From positions 640,001 to 704,000 of the forward strand of contig CAWBZI010000004.1 of assembly GCA_963793265.1 (NCBI GenBank): a stretch of 64,000 nucleotides of DNA, written 5' to 3'. This document shows positions 51,034 to 59,349 of this stretch, piece by piece (the first letter of the stretch is position 1; each line of letters opens with the position of its first letter). This DNA is from an uncultured cyanobacterium (lineage in GTDB: Bacteria > Cyanobacteriota > Cyanobacteriia > Phormidesmidales > Phormidesmidaceae). Made by a program: the position numbers and the translations under genes. Below the pieces are notes generated by a model. The model searched no databases, was not told where the DNA came from, and was given only the letters and a program-made list of their open reading frames with translations.

Positions 51034-51507
51034 ATGCATTACTATGCCGCGCCACAATGTCCTAGCCATTTGCTACCTTCTAAAGGTAGAGACGAAAGGC
51101 GTGCAAGATATAAAGCTGCTCAAGAGCTATCTATACTAGCCGCCAATGATCTCCTAAAAGTCAAGATGCCCAATGGCTTTAGTACTAGACAGTTCGTCAA
51201 AATTACAGAAGAAGATTTGATGTCCAAACAAGAAGAAGAAATCTCAGATGCCGTAAAGGTGATCAGTAAGCTTTCTAAAGCAAAAGAAAAAGCTCAGATG
51301 CTGCACGAGCAATCTCTACGAGCGTATAAAGATATAGATTGCTTATTCGAGGAAGCATTCATACCAGAAGAGAAATACAAAGAGATAGAAATTAGTCTAA
51401 AAACTATTCATGATTATGCAAGGGCCGCCTTCGCATACAAAGAAGCTTTACCGGAATCTAAACGTGCCAAAGATTTCCTTGCAGAAGCTCTAAAACTTCC
51501 TAAGTAA
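51034..51507 (+). CDS. Hypothetical protein (helical, Lys/Glu-rich); start uncertain
   Basis: 157-codon ORF in AT-rich DNA ending 15 nt before the TIR gene; no motif recognised. Confidence 0.55.
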   Translation: MHYYAAPQCPSHLLPSKGRDERRARYKAAQELSILAANDLLKVKMPNGFSTRQFVKITEEDLMSKQEEEISDAVKVISKLSKAKEKAQMLHEQSLRAYKDIDCLFEEAFIPEEKYKEIEISLKTIHDYARAAFAYKEALPESKRAKDFLAEALKLPK

Positions 51508-51522
51508 ACTACAACCAAGAAG

Positions 51523-53652
51523 ATGACAGACAAAATTACTTTCTCTGAGCTATATAAGATTCCAGCTTCTGATAATCATGATTGGTTTGATCCGCGATTG
51601 GATAGAGACACTCATCTGTGCATGGATCCTTTCTTAGTATTTAAGTCTAAGGATCCGCTCTTTGGTGGTTGTCGAGACAAGTTTATGAAGTTTTTTGAAT
51701 CTGCTTTTGAAATTGCTTCCAAAGTAGACAAGATTCCCACGCACGAAGAAAGAAAGAGAAGAAACATTTCTCCGACATATGATCATCTAATACGAAACGT
51801 CCTTTATTTCCCAGAAGTAGAAGAAATATGCTTGGGTTTTTCTGAAAGAAGCACTGGCGGATCAGGCGCAGGAAGAGGTTTTTCAGCTAAGGTGACAGAC
51901 GCGCTAATTGAGATGTCAAAGCAGGGGACTTCTCCTCCCAAACATTTTGAATCCATAGCGATATTTACGCCAGGTATAGGAGTAGATGGAATTAGCGATG
52001 CAACTGCAAATATCATAAAGAAAGAGCTTGTTGAATATACTATGGAGGTATGTAAAAAGTATGGTCTACAGACAAGGTGGCTTCCGATAAAGAATTTTGA
52101 GTTCGACTTTGATAATAGAAGGTGGGATGATCAATGCTTTGAGCTACCTTTTAACCCGTTTAATAACAAGCCTATAATATTAGTGCCAAAAAGGTTTCTT
52201 CGCCAAATTCCTTCGATCAGTCCTCAAGAGTTTTATGAGTACATCGAGAGCAAATCCAACGAAGCTATTAGAGCCAATTTAAACTTTGATATTCAAGCTA
52301 ATCTCGAAAACAATGACTCGGTAGCTAGAATTCAAGAGGAGAGGGAAAAGAGTACCTACAAGAAGCGTGAAATCATAGAGTATGCTAATAGCCATCCAGA
52401 TGTTCTCAACGAGTTCATAGAACATGTTGATGACAATGAAGAACTGTACAGCGCATACAACTTCAAAAAGGACGAACAGAACCTATGCGACCTGCCAAGA
52501 GAGGTATCGAGATTTGTATACAGAAATGCACTTGAGAACTTCTTGCTTAAGAACGAAAGCGATCTTTTTGATTTTATAGACAAGCTAATTCTTCAAGTGA
52601 AGGTGTTTGTAGAAGGCAACGGTGGATACAAGTTTCTCTGGGAAAAGAGAGAGTCGGCTGATTCAACTGATCAGAGATTTCAATTTAAAAAAGAAAAGGA
52701 TGCTCAGGAACTTTTTAGGTCAGTCATTGGAGACTACTGCTTTGCAGGAGAAATAAGTTTAAAAAAGGAGAGTAGCTTAGGCATAAATCCTGTGAAATTT
52801 ACATCTAAGGCAAAGTCTTATAATGAAAATGTGTTACTTATATCTAGGCTGTTTAGAAATGTAAAGCTAGATGAAGAGAGCCTGAAGGAGCTACGTTCTA
52901 CACTAAGACAAAAAAGGATAAAATACTGTCATTACACGATCTTTGTGCACAAAGAGGAAGATTTTGAGCGCATAGAAGAAATTATCGAGGAAGTTGAAAG
53001 TTTTGATTTTGGCGACAGCACTATATTTAAGATATCTATAGTTAACGTGATGCTTGATAGAGACATCCCCCTTCCTATATATAGTTCACAGGTTAAGGAG
53101 AAAGAGGTTTGTGTTAGCTACGCTCGTAGTGAAATTAGCATCCAAGTGGCCGACAAGATTTGCATGATACTCAAGGCTCAGGGAATTAGAGCTATCCGTG
53201 ACTCAGATGAACTAAGGTATAAAGATTCTCTCTCAAAATTTATGAAGAGAATTGGCGAAGGGAAATGTGTCATAACACTGATAAGCGATAAATATTTGAA
53301 GTCTCAATACTGTATGGCTGAATTAGTCGACCTCGTAAATACAGGAGACATGAAGGACAGGATTGTTCCAGTTGTTTTGGACGATGCAGCTATATATGAA
53401 GCTACCAATATCATTAAATACATAAAATACTGGGAGGAGAAATCTAGGGAGTTAAAGGAAGATCTTAAGACTATTGATTTCAGCAGCTCAAGAGGAATAA
53501 GGGAGGATGCTGACTTGTATGCAGATCTCGCGAGAAACATAGGCCAGCATATAAATGTTTTGAGAGACTTCTTCGTAAGATCGTTGCCCGTGCAAATTGA
53601 TTCTAATTTTGAGGATGTGGTGAATGAGGTTAATAGAGTATTTTCTAAATGA
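51523..53652 (+). CDS. Uncharacterised N-terminal region with degenerate PD-(D/E)XK-like segment, fused to a C-terminal TIR domain
   Basis: TIR from about 53101: VCVSYA, IRD..EL.YK, ITLISDKYLKSQYCMAEL, RIVPVVL; N-region motifs DTHLCMDPFL, GIGVDGISDATANIIK, PIILVPKRFLR. Confidence 0.8.
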   Translation: MTDKITFSELYKIPASDNHDWFDPRLDRDTHLCMDPFLVFKSKDPLFGGCRDKFMKFFESAFEIASKVDKIPTHEERKRRNISPTYDHLIRNVLYFPEVEEICLGFSERSTGGSGAGRGFSAKVTDALIEMSKQGTSPPKHFESIAIFTPGIGVDGISDATANIIKKELVEYTMEVCKKYGLQTRWLPIKNFEFDFDNRRWDDQCFELPFNPFNNKPIILVPKRFLRQIPSISPQEFYEYIESKSNEAIRANLNFDIQANLENNDSVARIQEEREKSTYKKREIIEYANSHPDVLNEFIEHVDDNEELYSAYNFKKDEQNLCDLPREVSRFVYRNALENFLLKNESDLFDFIDKLILQVKVFVEGNGGYKFLWEKRESADSTDQRFQFKKEKDAQELFRSVIGDYCFAGEISLKKESSLGINPVKFTSKAKSYNENVLLISRLFRNVKLDEESLKELRSTLRQKRIKYCHYTIFVHKEEDFERIEEIIEEVESFDFGDSTIFKISIVNVMLDRDIPLPIYSSQVKEKEVCVSYARSEISIQVADKICMILKAQGIRAIRDSDELRYKDSLSKFMKRIGEGKCVITLISDKYLKSQYCMAELVDLVNTGDMKDRIVPVVLDDAAIYEATNIIKYIKYWEEKSRELKEDLKTIDFSSSRGIREDADLYADLARNIGQHINVLRDFFVRSLPVQIDSNFEDVVNEVNRVFSK

Positions 53653-53842
53653 GGATGTCTTGATGTTAGCTTCCTTCACGGTATGCATCGGCACAAACGT
53701 AGAGAAGCGAGGATTAGCATATGTACTATTACTCACGCTATCTATATCTGTGTTACCTGTCGGAAGATAGTTCCGTAGGAATATTATATTGCTGTAAATT
53801 GGCTATCTGACAGTAGCTGTTTAAAGATTTAGGTTGATAGAT

Positions 53843-54208
53843 ATGGCTGAGACTAAAAATGTGCTTGGAACAGATTTACAGACCTGTTGCACTTCGCCAA
53901 TGACCGGATTCTATCGAGACGGCACGTGCCAAACGGGGCCACAGGATCAGGGTGTTCATGTGGTGTGTGCAGAGCTAACAGAGGCTTTTTTGAGCTATAC
54001 GAAGGCGCAGGGCAATGATTTGAGTACGCCTCGGCCTGAGTACAATTTTCCAGGGCTGAAGCCGGGCGATAAGTGGTGCCTGTGCGCGACTCGGTGGAAA
54101 GAGGCGATGGATGATGGGGTTGCGCCTGCTGTGGTTTTGGAATCGACGCATGAGGCGGCGCTGAAGCATGTGAGTTTGGATGATTTAAAGCAGCATTCGG
54201 TTGAGTGA
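53843..54208 (+). CDS. DUF2237 family protein
   Basis: NVLG..L..C..PMTGFYRDG.C, GNDLSTPRP, GLKPGDKWCLCA.RW. Confidence 0.9.
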   Translation: MAETKNVLGTDLQTCCTSPMTGFYRDGTCQTGPQDQGVHVVCAELTEAFLSYTKAQGNDLSTPRPEYNFPGLKPGDKWCLCATRWKEAMDDGVAPAVVLESTHEAALKHVSLDDLKQHSVE

Positions 54209-54244
54209 TAGGTAGGGAGCTATCTTTTGCTACTCGTAATATGA

Positions 54245-54697
54245 TTATGCTGACAAGACAATTTCCTTCGGCTGCACTGTTGTAATGCTAGAAAAACTTG
54301 TGAAGTCTCTAGGATTCAAAGTCAGAATGTGACTGATCCCAGTAGCCTGCATAAGTGCGATGAGACGCGCATCGTGAGTGTGCTTACCTAGCACCTTATT
54401 CTCAGTCACGAGTGCTAACCAAGTAGATAGAATCTGTGGTGGCTCCTCTAGAACTGGAGAGCGATTGAGAAGCTGGTCGATCTCGCTGCACGTTCTACCT
54501 GCTGACCAAGCCATACCGTTAACATCAGCCGGACGAGTAGCGACTGCCCACATTTCAATAAGAACCTGAGCTGCTAAATAGCACTCATCCGACTGCTTTA
54601 GAAGCGTAGTGATCGCGCCAACAACTAGCTCATGCTGAGCGTCGGATGGATTGCTCAAGCGAAGAATAATATTAGTATCTAGTAAATATTTTGGCAT
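54245..54697 (-). CDS. PIN-domain toxin (VapC-like)
   Basis: YLLDTNIILR, E.W.VATRP, HDARLIA, ILTLNPRDF. Confidence 0.85.
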   Translation of the reverse strand: MPKYLLDTNIILRLSNPSDAQHELVVGAITTLLKQSDECYLAAQVLIEMWAVATRPADVNGMAWSAGRTCSEIDQLLNRSPVLEEPPQILSTWLALVTENKVLGKHTHDARLIALMQATGISHILTLNPRDFTSFSSITTVQPKEIVLSA

Positions 54698-54948
54698 CAG
54701 TCGTAGATAGTGCCTCGATCGAAAGCTTCATCGGGAAGGCTTATTCCTATTCTCGACTGTTGAGCAGACCACTTTAAGATTTCTTCAGCACGTTCCTGTG
54801 GCGTCGCTTTTTGCCAAAAAGGTTTATCTTCGCCATTGAGTTTGGTCTGTTGAGACGGTGCTTTCATCTGTGCAATTAGCGCCGCGAGCCTCTCTAATTG
54901 AGGTTCACTCAAATGCTCAATTTCTGATTTAAGCGTTTCTCTCAGCAT
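54697..54948 (-). CDS. Putative antitoxin
   Basis: 83-aa ORF with TGATG overlap to the PIN gene; C-terminal LPDEAFDRGTIYD. Confidence 0.7.
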   Translation of the reverse strand: MLRETLKSEIEHLSEPQLERLAALIAQMKAPSQQTKLNGEDKPFWQKATPQERAEEILKWSAQQSRIGISLPDEAFDRGTIYD

Positions 54949-55252
54949 TATTAATTACGTCTCATCCGCTGCTGTCACTATTGTAAGCGTAGGGACGATG
55001 TTGCAACCGGCCCTGTAGATAATGGGCGGTGAGATTTTGAACCGTGGTGGCTGAAAGCCGTTTGTGGGTGGGCGATCGCGCCAAGTGATACCGATCACAT
55101 CAAAGCCATGTAAATTGATTTTTGTTGGCCAGATAAGGGAACCGACTCCTGAAATTAGCGGCGAATGGCAGCAGTGGGATATTCTGCTACCAACTTCACC
55201 AAGTTCTTACACAAGTTCTTGAGTTCGCCCTCCAAAACATCAGGATTTCGTT

Positions 55253-57097
55253 ATGTTCGGCCAAAATCAGTACGTTAATACCGCGATTGCCCTATCGAGC
55301 ACTTTGACGATTACGATGGCGGCGTTTGCGCCTCCTGTGTTTGCTCAAGAGACGCGCTTCAATGACGTAGACAGCAGCTATTGGGCGAATCCATACGTTC
55401 AATCACTCACGCAAAAGAACGTGATTAGCGGTTTTCCTGACGGTACGTTTCGGCCTAACGATCAGATGACGCGGGCGCAGTTTGCCTCTGTTTTGGCGGG
55501 CGCTTTTTTACGCAACGACGTGCGCGATCCGATTACGTTTAGCGATGTGCCTGCCGATCACTGGGCAGCAGAGGTGATTTCGCAGGCTTATTCAAAGGGA
55601 TGGCTGTCGGGCTATCCTGACGGTACGTTTGGTTTGAATCAGCCGATTACTCGTCTAGAAGTGCTGGTGTCTTTGACGAATGGGCTAGGGCTGGCGACCG
55701 ATGGCGAGACGGCGGCGCTGCTGGCAGCTTTTGAAGATAGTGGGGAGATTCCCGACTGGGCACAAAGGGCGATCGCGATCGCCACAGACCAACAGCTCAC
55801 CGTAAACTACCCCAACGTCCAACAGCTCAATCCCCTTCAGAATGCATCTCGCGCGGAGATTGCCGCTATTACTCATCAGGCTCTAGTCAGCGCTGGTCAG
55901 GCAACTGCTATCAGCTCTCCCTATATTCCTACCGTAGCGGGTCAACCGACGGTCGAAACACCCGTTGTAGAAACCCCTACGACTGAAACGCCCGTTACGA
56001 CTACACCAACAGATGAATTCTCTGAACTTGTTGCTTCTTTGAGCAGCGACGATACCAGCACCAGAAAGGCCGCAGCAGACACATTAGCCGCAAATGGTGC
56101 AGCCGCCGTACCCGACCTCACCTCTGCTTTGGAATCTGATAGCGCTCAAACGCGGGCGGCAGCGGCTTATGCATTAAATGAGATTGGCGCAGATGCGGCA
56201 CCGGCTACGCCGACTTTGTTAGAGCTGTTGAAAGACGATGATGAAATCGTTCGAGCGCTGGCAACCAGTACGCTAGCGCAAGTTGGGCTCGATCAGAACG
56301 TATTGATCAACGTGTTGGTTTCAGCAGTGCAGAATGAGTCTGGACTGGTCAAAGATATCGCCGCAGATGCGCTGGTAAATATTGGTGGCGACGCGGTGCC
56401 TGCCCTGGGTAATTTGCTGAGGAATGATGCCGTTGACAGCCTTGCCAAAAAGACGGCGGCAACGCTAATTGGTGATATTAATCAGGCAGATGAGCTGGGT
56501 AATGAGGCGATACAGTCGGTGATTCCGATTTTGGCGGATACTTTGAGCAACGGTGATAGTGACGTCCGGCGGGCGGCGGCTAAGTCTTTGGGTGACTTTG
56601 GGCCTTTGGCAGACGTAGCAATTCCGGCGCTGTCGCAGGCGTTATTAGGTGAGGATTCTGGGGTCAATCAGACGATTGCAGGAAGCCTGACGAAAATTGG
56701 GCAGCAGTCTGTGCCAGGGCTGGCGAGCGCGCTGAATAGCGATGACCCGCTGACCCGACTGTATGCAGCGGATGCGATTTGGGTGCTGACTCAGGACAGT
56801 AGCCTGATTTTGCCAACTCTGGTTTCGTCGTTGAGCGATGGTGATGTAGAAACGCGTGAGCTAGCGGCTTTGGGGCTGACTTATTTAGGACGACAGGCTT
56901 TACCGGCGGTGCCTGCGGTACGAAATCTGTTGAATGGTGATAATGACCGGGTGCTGACGATGGCACGGCTGGCGCTGTTGATTTTGAATAATCGAAATGA
57001 TCCGGCAGCGACGTTGGGACTGTTGGAGCCCCCAGAGCCTAGAGAGGTGAATTCGGTGCCAGTGCTGGTTGAGGTGGTAAGCCAGCTATGGCAATAG
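55253..57097 (+). CDS. Exported protein with three SLH domains, Thr/Pro linker and HEAT repeats
   Basis: FNDVDSSYWA..ISGFPDGTFRPN; PTVETPVVETPTTETP linker; repeated D.D..VR..AA..L. Confidence 0.85.
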   Translation: MFGQNQYVNTAIALSSTLTITMAAFAPPVFAQETRFNDVDSSYWANPYVQSLTQKNVISGFPDGTFRPNDQMTRAQFASVLAGAFLRNDVRDPITFSDVPADHWAAEVISQAYSKGWLSGYPDGTFGLNQPITRLEVLVSLTNGLGLATDGETAALLAAFEDSGEIPDWAQRAIAIATDQQLTVNYPNVQQLNPLQNASRAEIAAITHQALVSAGQATAISSPYIPTVAGQPTVETPVVETPTTETPVTTTPTDEFSELVASLSSDDTSTRKAAADTLAANGAAAVPDLTSALESDSAQTRAAAAYALNEIGADAAPATPTLLELLKDDDEIVRALATSTLAQVGLDQNVLINVLVSAVQNESGLVKDIAADALVNIGGDAVPALGNLLRNDAVDSLAKKTAATLIGDINQADELGNEAIQSVIPILADTLSNGDSDVRRAAAKSLGDFGPLADVAIPALSQALLGEDSGVNQTIAGSLTKIGQQSVPGLASALNSDDPLTRLYAADAIWVLTQDSSLILPTLVSSLSDGDVETRELAALGLTYLGRQALPAVPAVRNLLNGDNDRVLTMARLALLILNNRNDPAATLGLLEPPEPREVNSVPVLVEVVSQLWQ

Positions 57098-57177
57098 GGT
57101 GACAGTAGGGTGGTTGAGAGGGGCAGTTTGCTTTAGTATCTCTGTAGCTTTGCTGTGTTCTCTCTATACCTTTTCTT

Positions 57178-58101
57178 ATGTCAACTGGATCTTCTAAGAC
57201 TTCTATCTATGCAGCGATGGCGGCTAACATCGCAATTGGTGTGGCTAAGTTTGTGGGAGCCTCTATCAGCGGTAGCTCTGCCATGCTTTCTGAGGGGATT
57301 CATTCGGTGGTGGATTCGGTGAATGAGGTGCTGCTGCTGTATGGGCTAAAGCAGAGTGAGAAGCAGCCGGATGAGCAGTTTCCGCTGGGGCGAAGTCAGG
57401 AGCTATATTTTTGGTCGCTGATGGTGGCGGTGCTGATTTTTTCGCTCGGTGGCGGCATCTCGGTGCTACAAGGCATTAGTAGCCTAAAAGCTGAGTCAGT
57501 TTCGAGCGATCCCATCGTGAGCTATTGCGTGTTAGTGGCTGCAGCGGTGTTTGAAGGGGCCGCGCTGTTTGTCTCAATCCGCGAGTTTAAGAAGAATCAG
57601 GATGATCCAGAGCTAGGGCTTTGGAAGTCGATTGGGCGGAGTAAAGATCCGGGGGCTTTCATTGTGATTGTGGAGGACTCGGCAGCGCTGATCGGGCTGG
57701 CTTTTGCTTTTGTAGGTGTGTGGCTGAGTGAAACCACAGGCAATCCGGTTTATGACGGGGTGGCCTCTATTTGTATTGGGGTGCTGCTGACGGTGACGGC
57801 GACGGCTTTGGTGGCCAAGACAAAGGGGCTGCTGATAGGAGAGAGCGCATCGCCAGAGACGCGAACCAGTATTAAAGATATTGTGCGGGCGGACGATGCG
57901 GTTTCAAAGTTTGAGGCTCCGATTACGTTGCACTTAGGGCCGAGAGATGTACTGGTAGCGCTGAATATTGAGTTTAAAGACGGTTTGTCTTCGGATGAGA
58001 TTGAAGCGGCGGTGCGGCGAATTGAGAAGGATATTCGTAAGGCTCACGATGAGGTGAAGCGAATATTTATTGAGGCGGCTTCAGTGAGTCGGGCGGGATA
58101 A
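57178..58101 (+). CDS. Cation diffusion facilitator family transporter
   Basis: SGSSAMLSEGIHSVVD, EDSAA, YDGVASI, LLIGESA. Confidence 0.9.
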   Translation: MSTGSSKTSIYAAMAANIAIGVAKFVGASISGSSAMLSEGIHSVVDSVNEVLLLYGLKQSEKQPDEQFPLGRSQELYFWSLMVAVLIFSLGGGISVLQGISSLKAESVSSDPIVSYCVLVAAAVFEGAALFVSIREFKKNQDDPELGLWKSIGRSKDPGAFIVIVEDSAALIGLAFAFVGVWLSETTGNPVYDGVASICIGVLLTVTATALVAKTKGLLIGESASPETRTSIKDIVRADDAVSKFEAPITLHLGPRDVLVALNIEFKDGLSSDEIEAAVRRIEKDIRKAHDEVKRIFIEAASVSRAG

Positions 58102-58510
58102 GATACCAAATTTGTTCTGTTTGCGGCTCGGCGGATGTGTTTTCTAAGTCATTAGTGCCTAGATAAACCTCGAAGGGGCTCTCTTGGCGGATTGTTTGCT
58201 CAGGGTTTGAAAGGATGGCCTCGAAGGTACCGTTTACTTTGTAGAGGCTGTTCGGATAGCCTCTTTGTTGAACGGCGGGCACGGAGATCTTTTGCCGACT
58301 TTTGACGTTGATCTGATTGATTTTGAAGTTTGGCTTTGTTGCGGTTTCGGGCGGAATGCCTAAGCCTTGAGCGATCGCCTGCTGAACGTTGGTTTGCTGC
58401 TGGGCGATCGCTAACTCAATCGCCCGATTTGGCGGCGTTTGGTTAAGCACGCCACAGCCAGCGAGGAGCAAAAACAATAGAGCTATACACGCTAGCTGAA
58501 GCCTTTTCAT
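58067..58510 (-). CDS. Hypothetical lipoprotein
   Basis: Lipobox LAGC after a hydrophobic leader. Confidence 0.7.
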   Translation of the reverse strand: MKRLQLACIALLFLLLAGCGVLNQTPPNRAIELAIAQQQTNVQQAIAQGLGIPPETATKPNFKINQINVKSRQKISVPAVQQRGYPNSLYKVNGTFEAILSNPEQTIRQESPFEVYLGTNDLENTSAEPQTEQIWYLIPPDSLKPPQ

Positions 58511-58543
58511 GGTGCTTTTGATGGGGTAAGTCGCTACTCTATC

Positions 58544-58696
58544 CTATGCGCCTTCTACGCGCCGGGTCAAAATAGCCATCACTTCACCGGGCCGACCGCT
58601 GCTGATAGGCCGACTCCAATCGGTAGGTTCGGCGTAGCCTAGCTGGTGTAGGCGTAATATGGTGGCTCGCACAATGGGCGGGGTGCCGAAGATCAT
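58544..58696 (-). CDS. Small protein absent from the ORF track (50 aa from ATG; the open frame extends further 5', probably a 5'-truncated gene)
   Basis: MIFGTPPIVRATILRLHQLGYAEPTDWSRPISSGRPGEVMAILTRRVEGA; resembles, from memory, a cyanobacterial hypothetical family with LH.LGYA...DWS.P...GEVM.IL. Confidence 0.6.
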   Translation of the reverse strand: MIFGTPPIVRATILRLHQLGYAEPTDWSRPISSGRPGEVMAILTRRVEGA

Positions 58697-58902
58697 ATGG
58701 CTGACCTGTGGGCGATCGCGTCCACCCCCACCGCAGCTCGGGTCATTCGGTAGACCAGGCCGCTTTTAGTCTCGTAGTAAGTGAAAATAGAGAAAGTGAG
58801 ATATGAATAATGCTGAAGATAGCTGTCTATCTTACTAACAACGTTTTCTTCCCCTCTGAGGAAACAAGAAAGCATATTGGTATCGAGCAGTGCCTGTTTC
58901 AT
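58693..58902 (-). pseudogene. Truncated VapC/PIN toxin
   Basis: ALLDTNMLS.FLRG..TYYE..SGL matches the N-half of a PIN domain; after about codon 52 (58747) it runs into unrelated sequence and stops at 69 aa. Confidence 0.75.
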
Positions 58903-59132
58903 ACGTCTCGACTTCGCTGTAAGTCCATCTGGCGGTTTAGTTCGGCATCTTCAATAATTCCATCTGATAGATTAGGAGAGTCAGCTAGCATTCCGGCAAA
59001 CGCCATCACGCCTGTATGAGACTGTTTGACCAACCGCTGAGCCTTGAGAAAACGCAGATAGTTTAGAACGTCGGGGATAAGAGACGTTGGTGTATCGTTA
59101 ATCTCTTGCAAAAGTTGCTGTTTTGGTGTCAT
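58899..59132 (-). CDS. Putative antitoxin (DUF2281-like)
   Basis: K.QLLQEI..TP..LI.DVL.YLRFLK; FAGML; ATGA overlap with the PIN remnant. Confidence 0.7.
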   Translation of the reverse strand: MTPKQQLLQEINDTPTSLIPDVLNYLRFLKAQRLVKQSHTGVMAFAGMLADSPNLSDGIIEDAELNRQMDLQRSRDV

Positions 59133-59349
59133 AAATTACCTTATCTTCCTCTGTTCGTCTTAACTATTTTACTCTGCTCTAGCCAATCAATTACTAATAG
59201 CTCAACTACTGAAGTCGATCCGTCAAATGCCAGTAGCGATTTAAACGAGTTGCATTTGTCAACCCTTAATTTAATAGAAGCGATCGCCTCTAAAATAAAG
59301 CTGTAGACAAAATGACTAGCTCTCGCTAATTTGGCGGCTCCCTGTTTTT

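Noticed and set aside
51523..53652. Calling the TIR gene Thoeris thsB, or a CBASS or SPARTA component
   Set aside because: No ThsA (SIR2/Macro-SLOG), CD-NTase, APAZ or Argonaute gene nearby, and the architecture differs
54989..55014. GTAGGGACG...GGCCCT as a GTAG-type REP element
   Set aside because: Single imperfect copy in the window with no associated tyrosine transposase; cannot be supported
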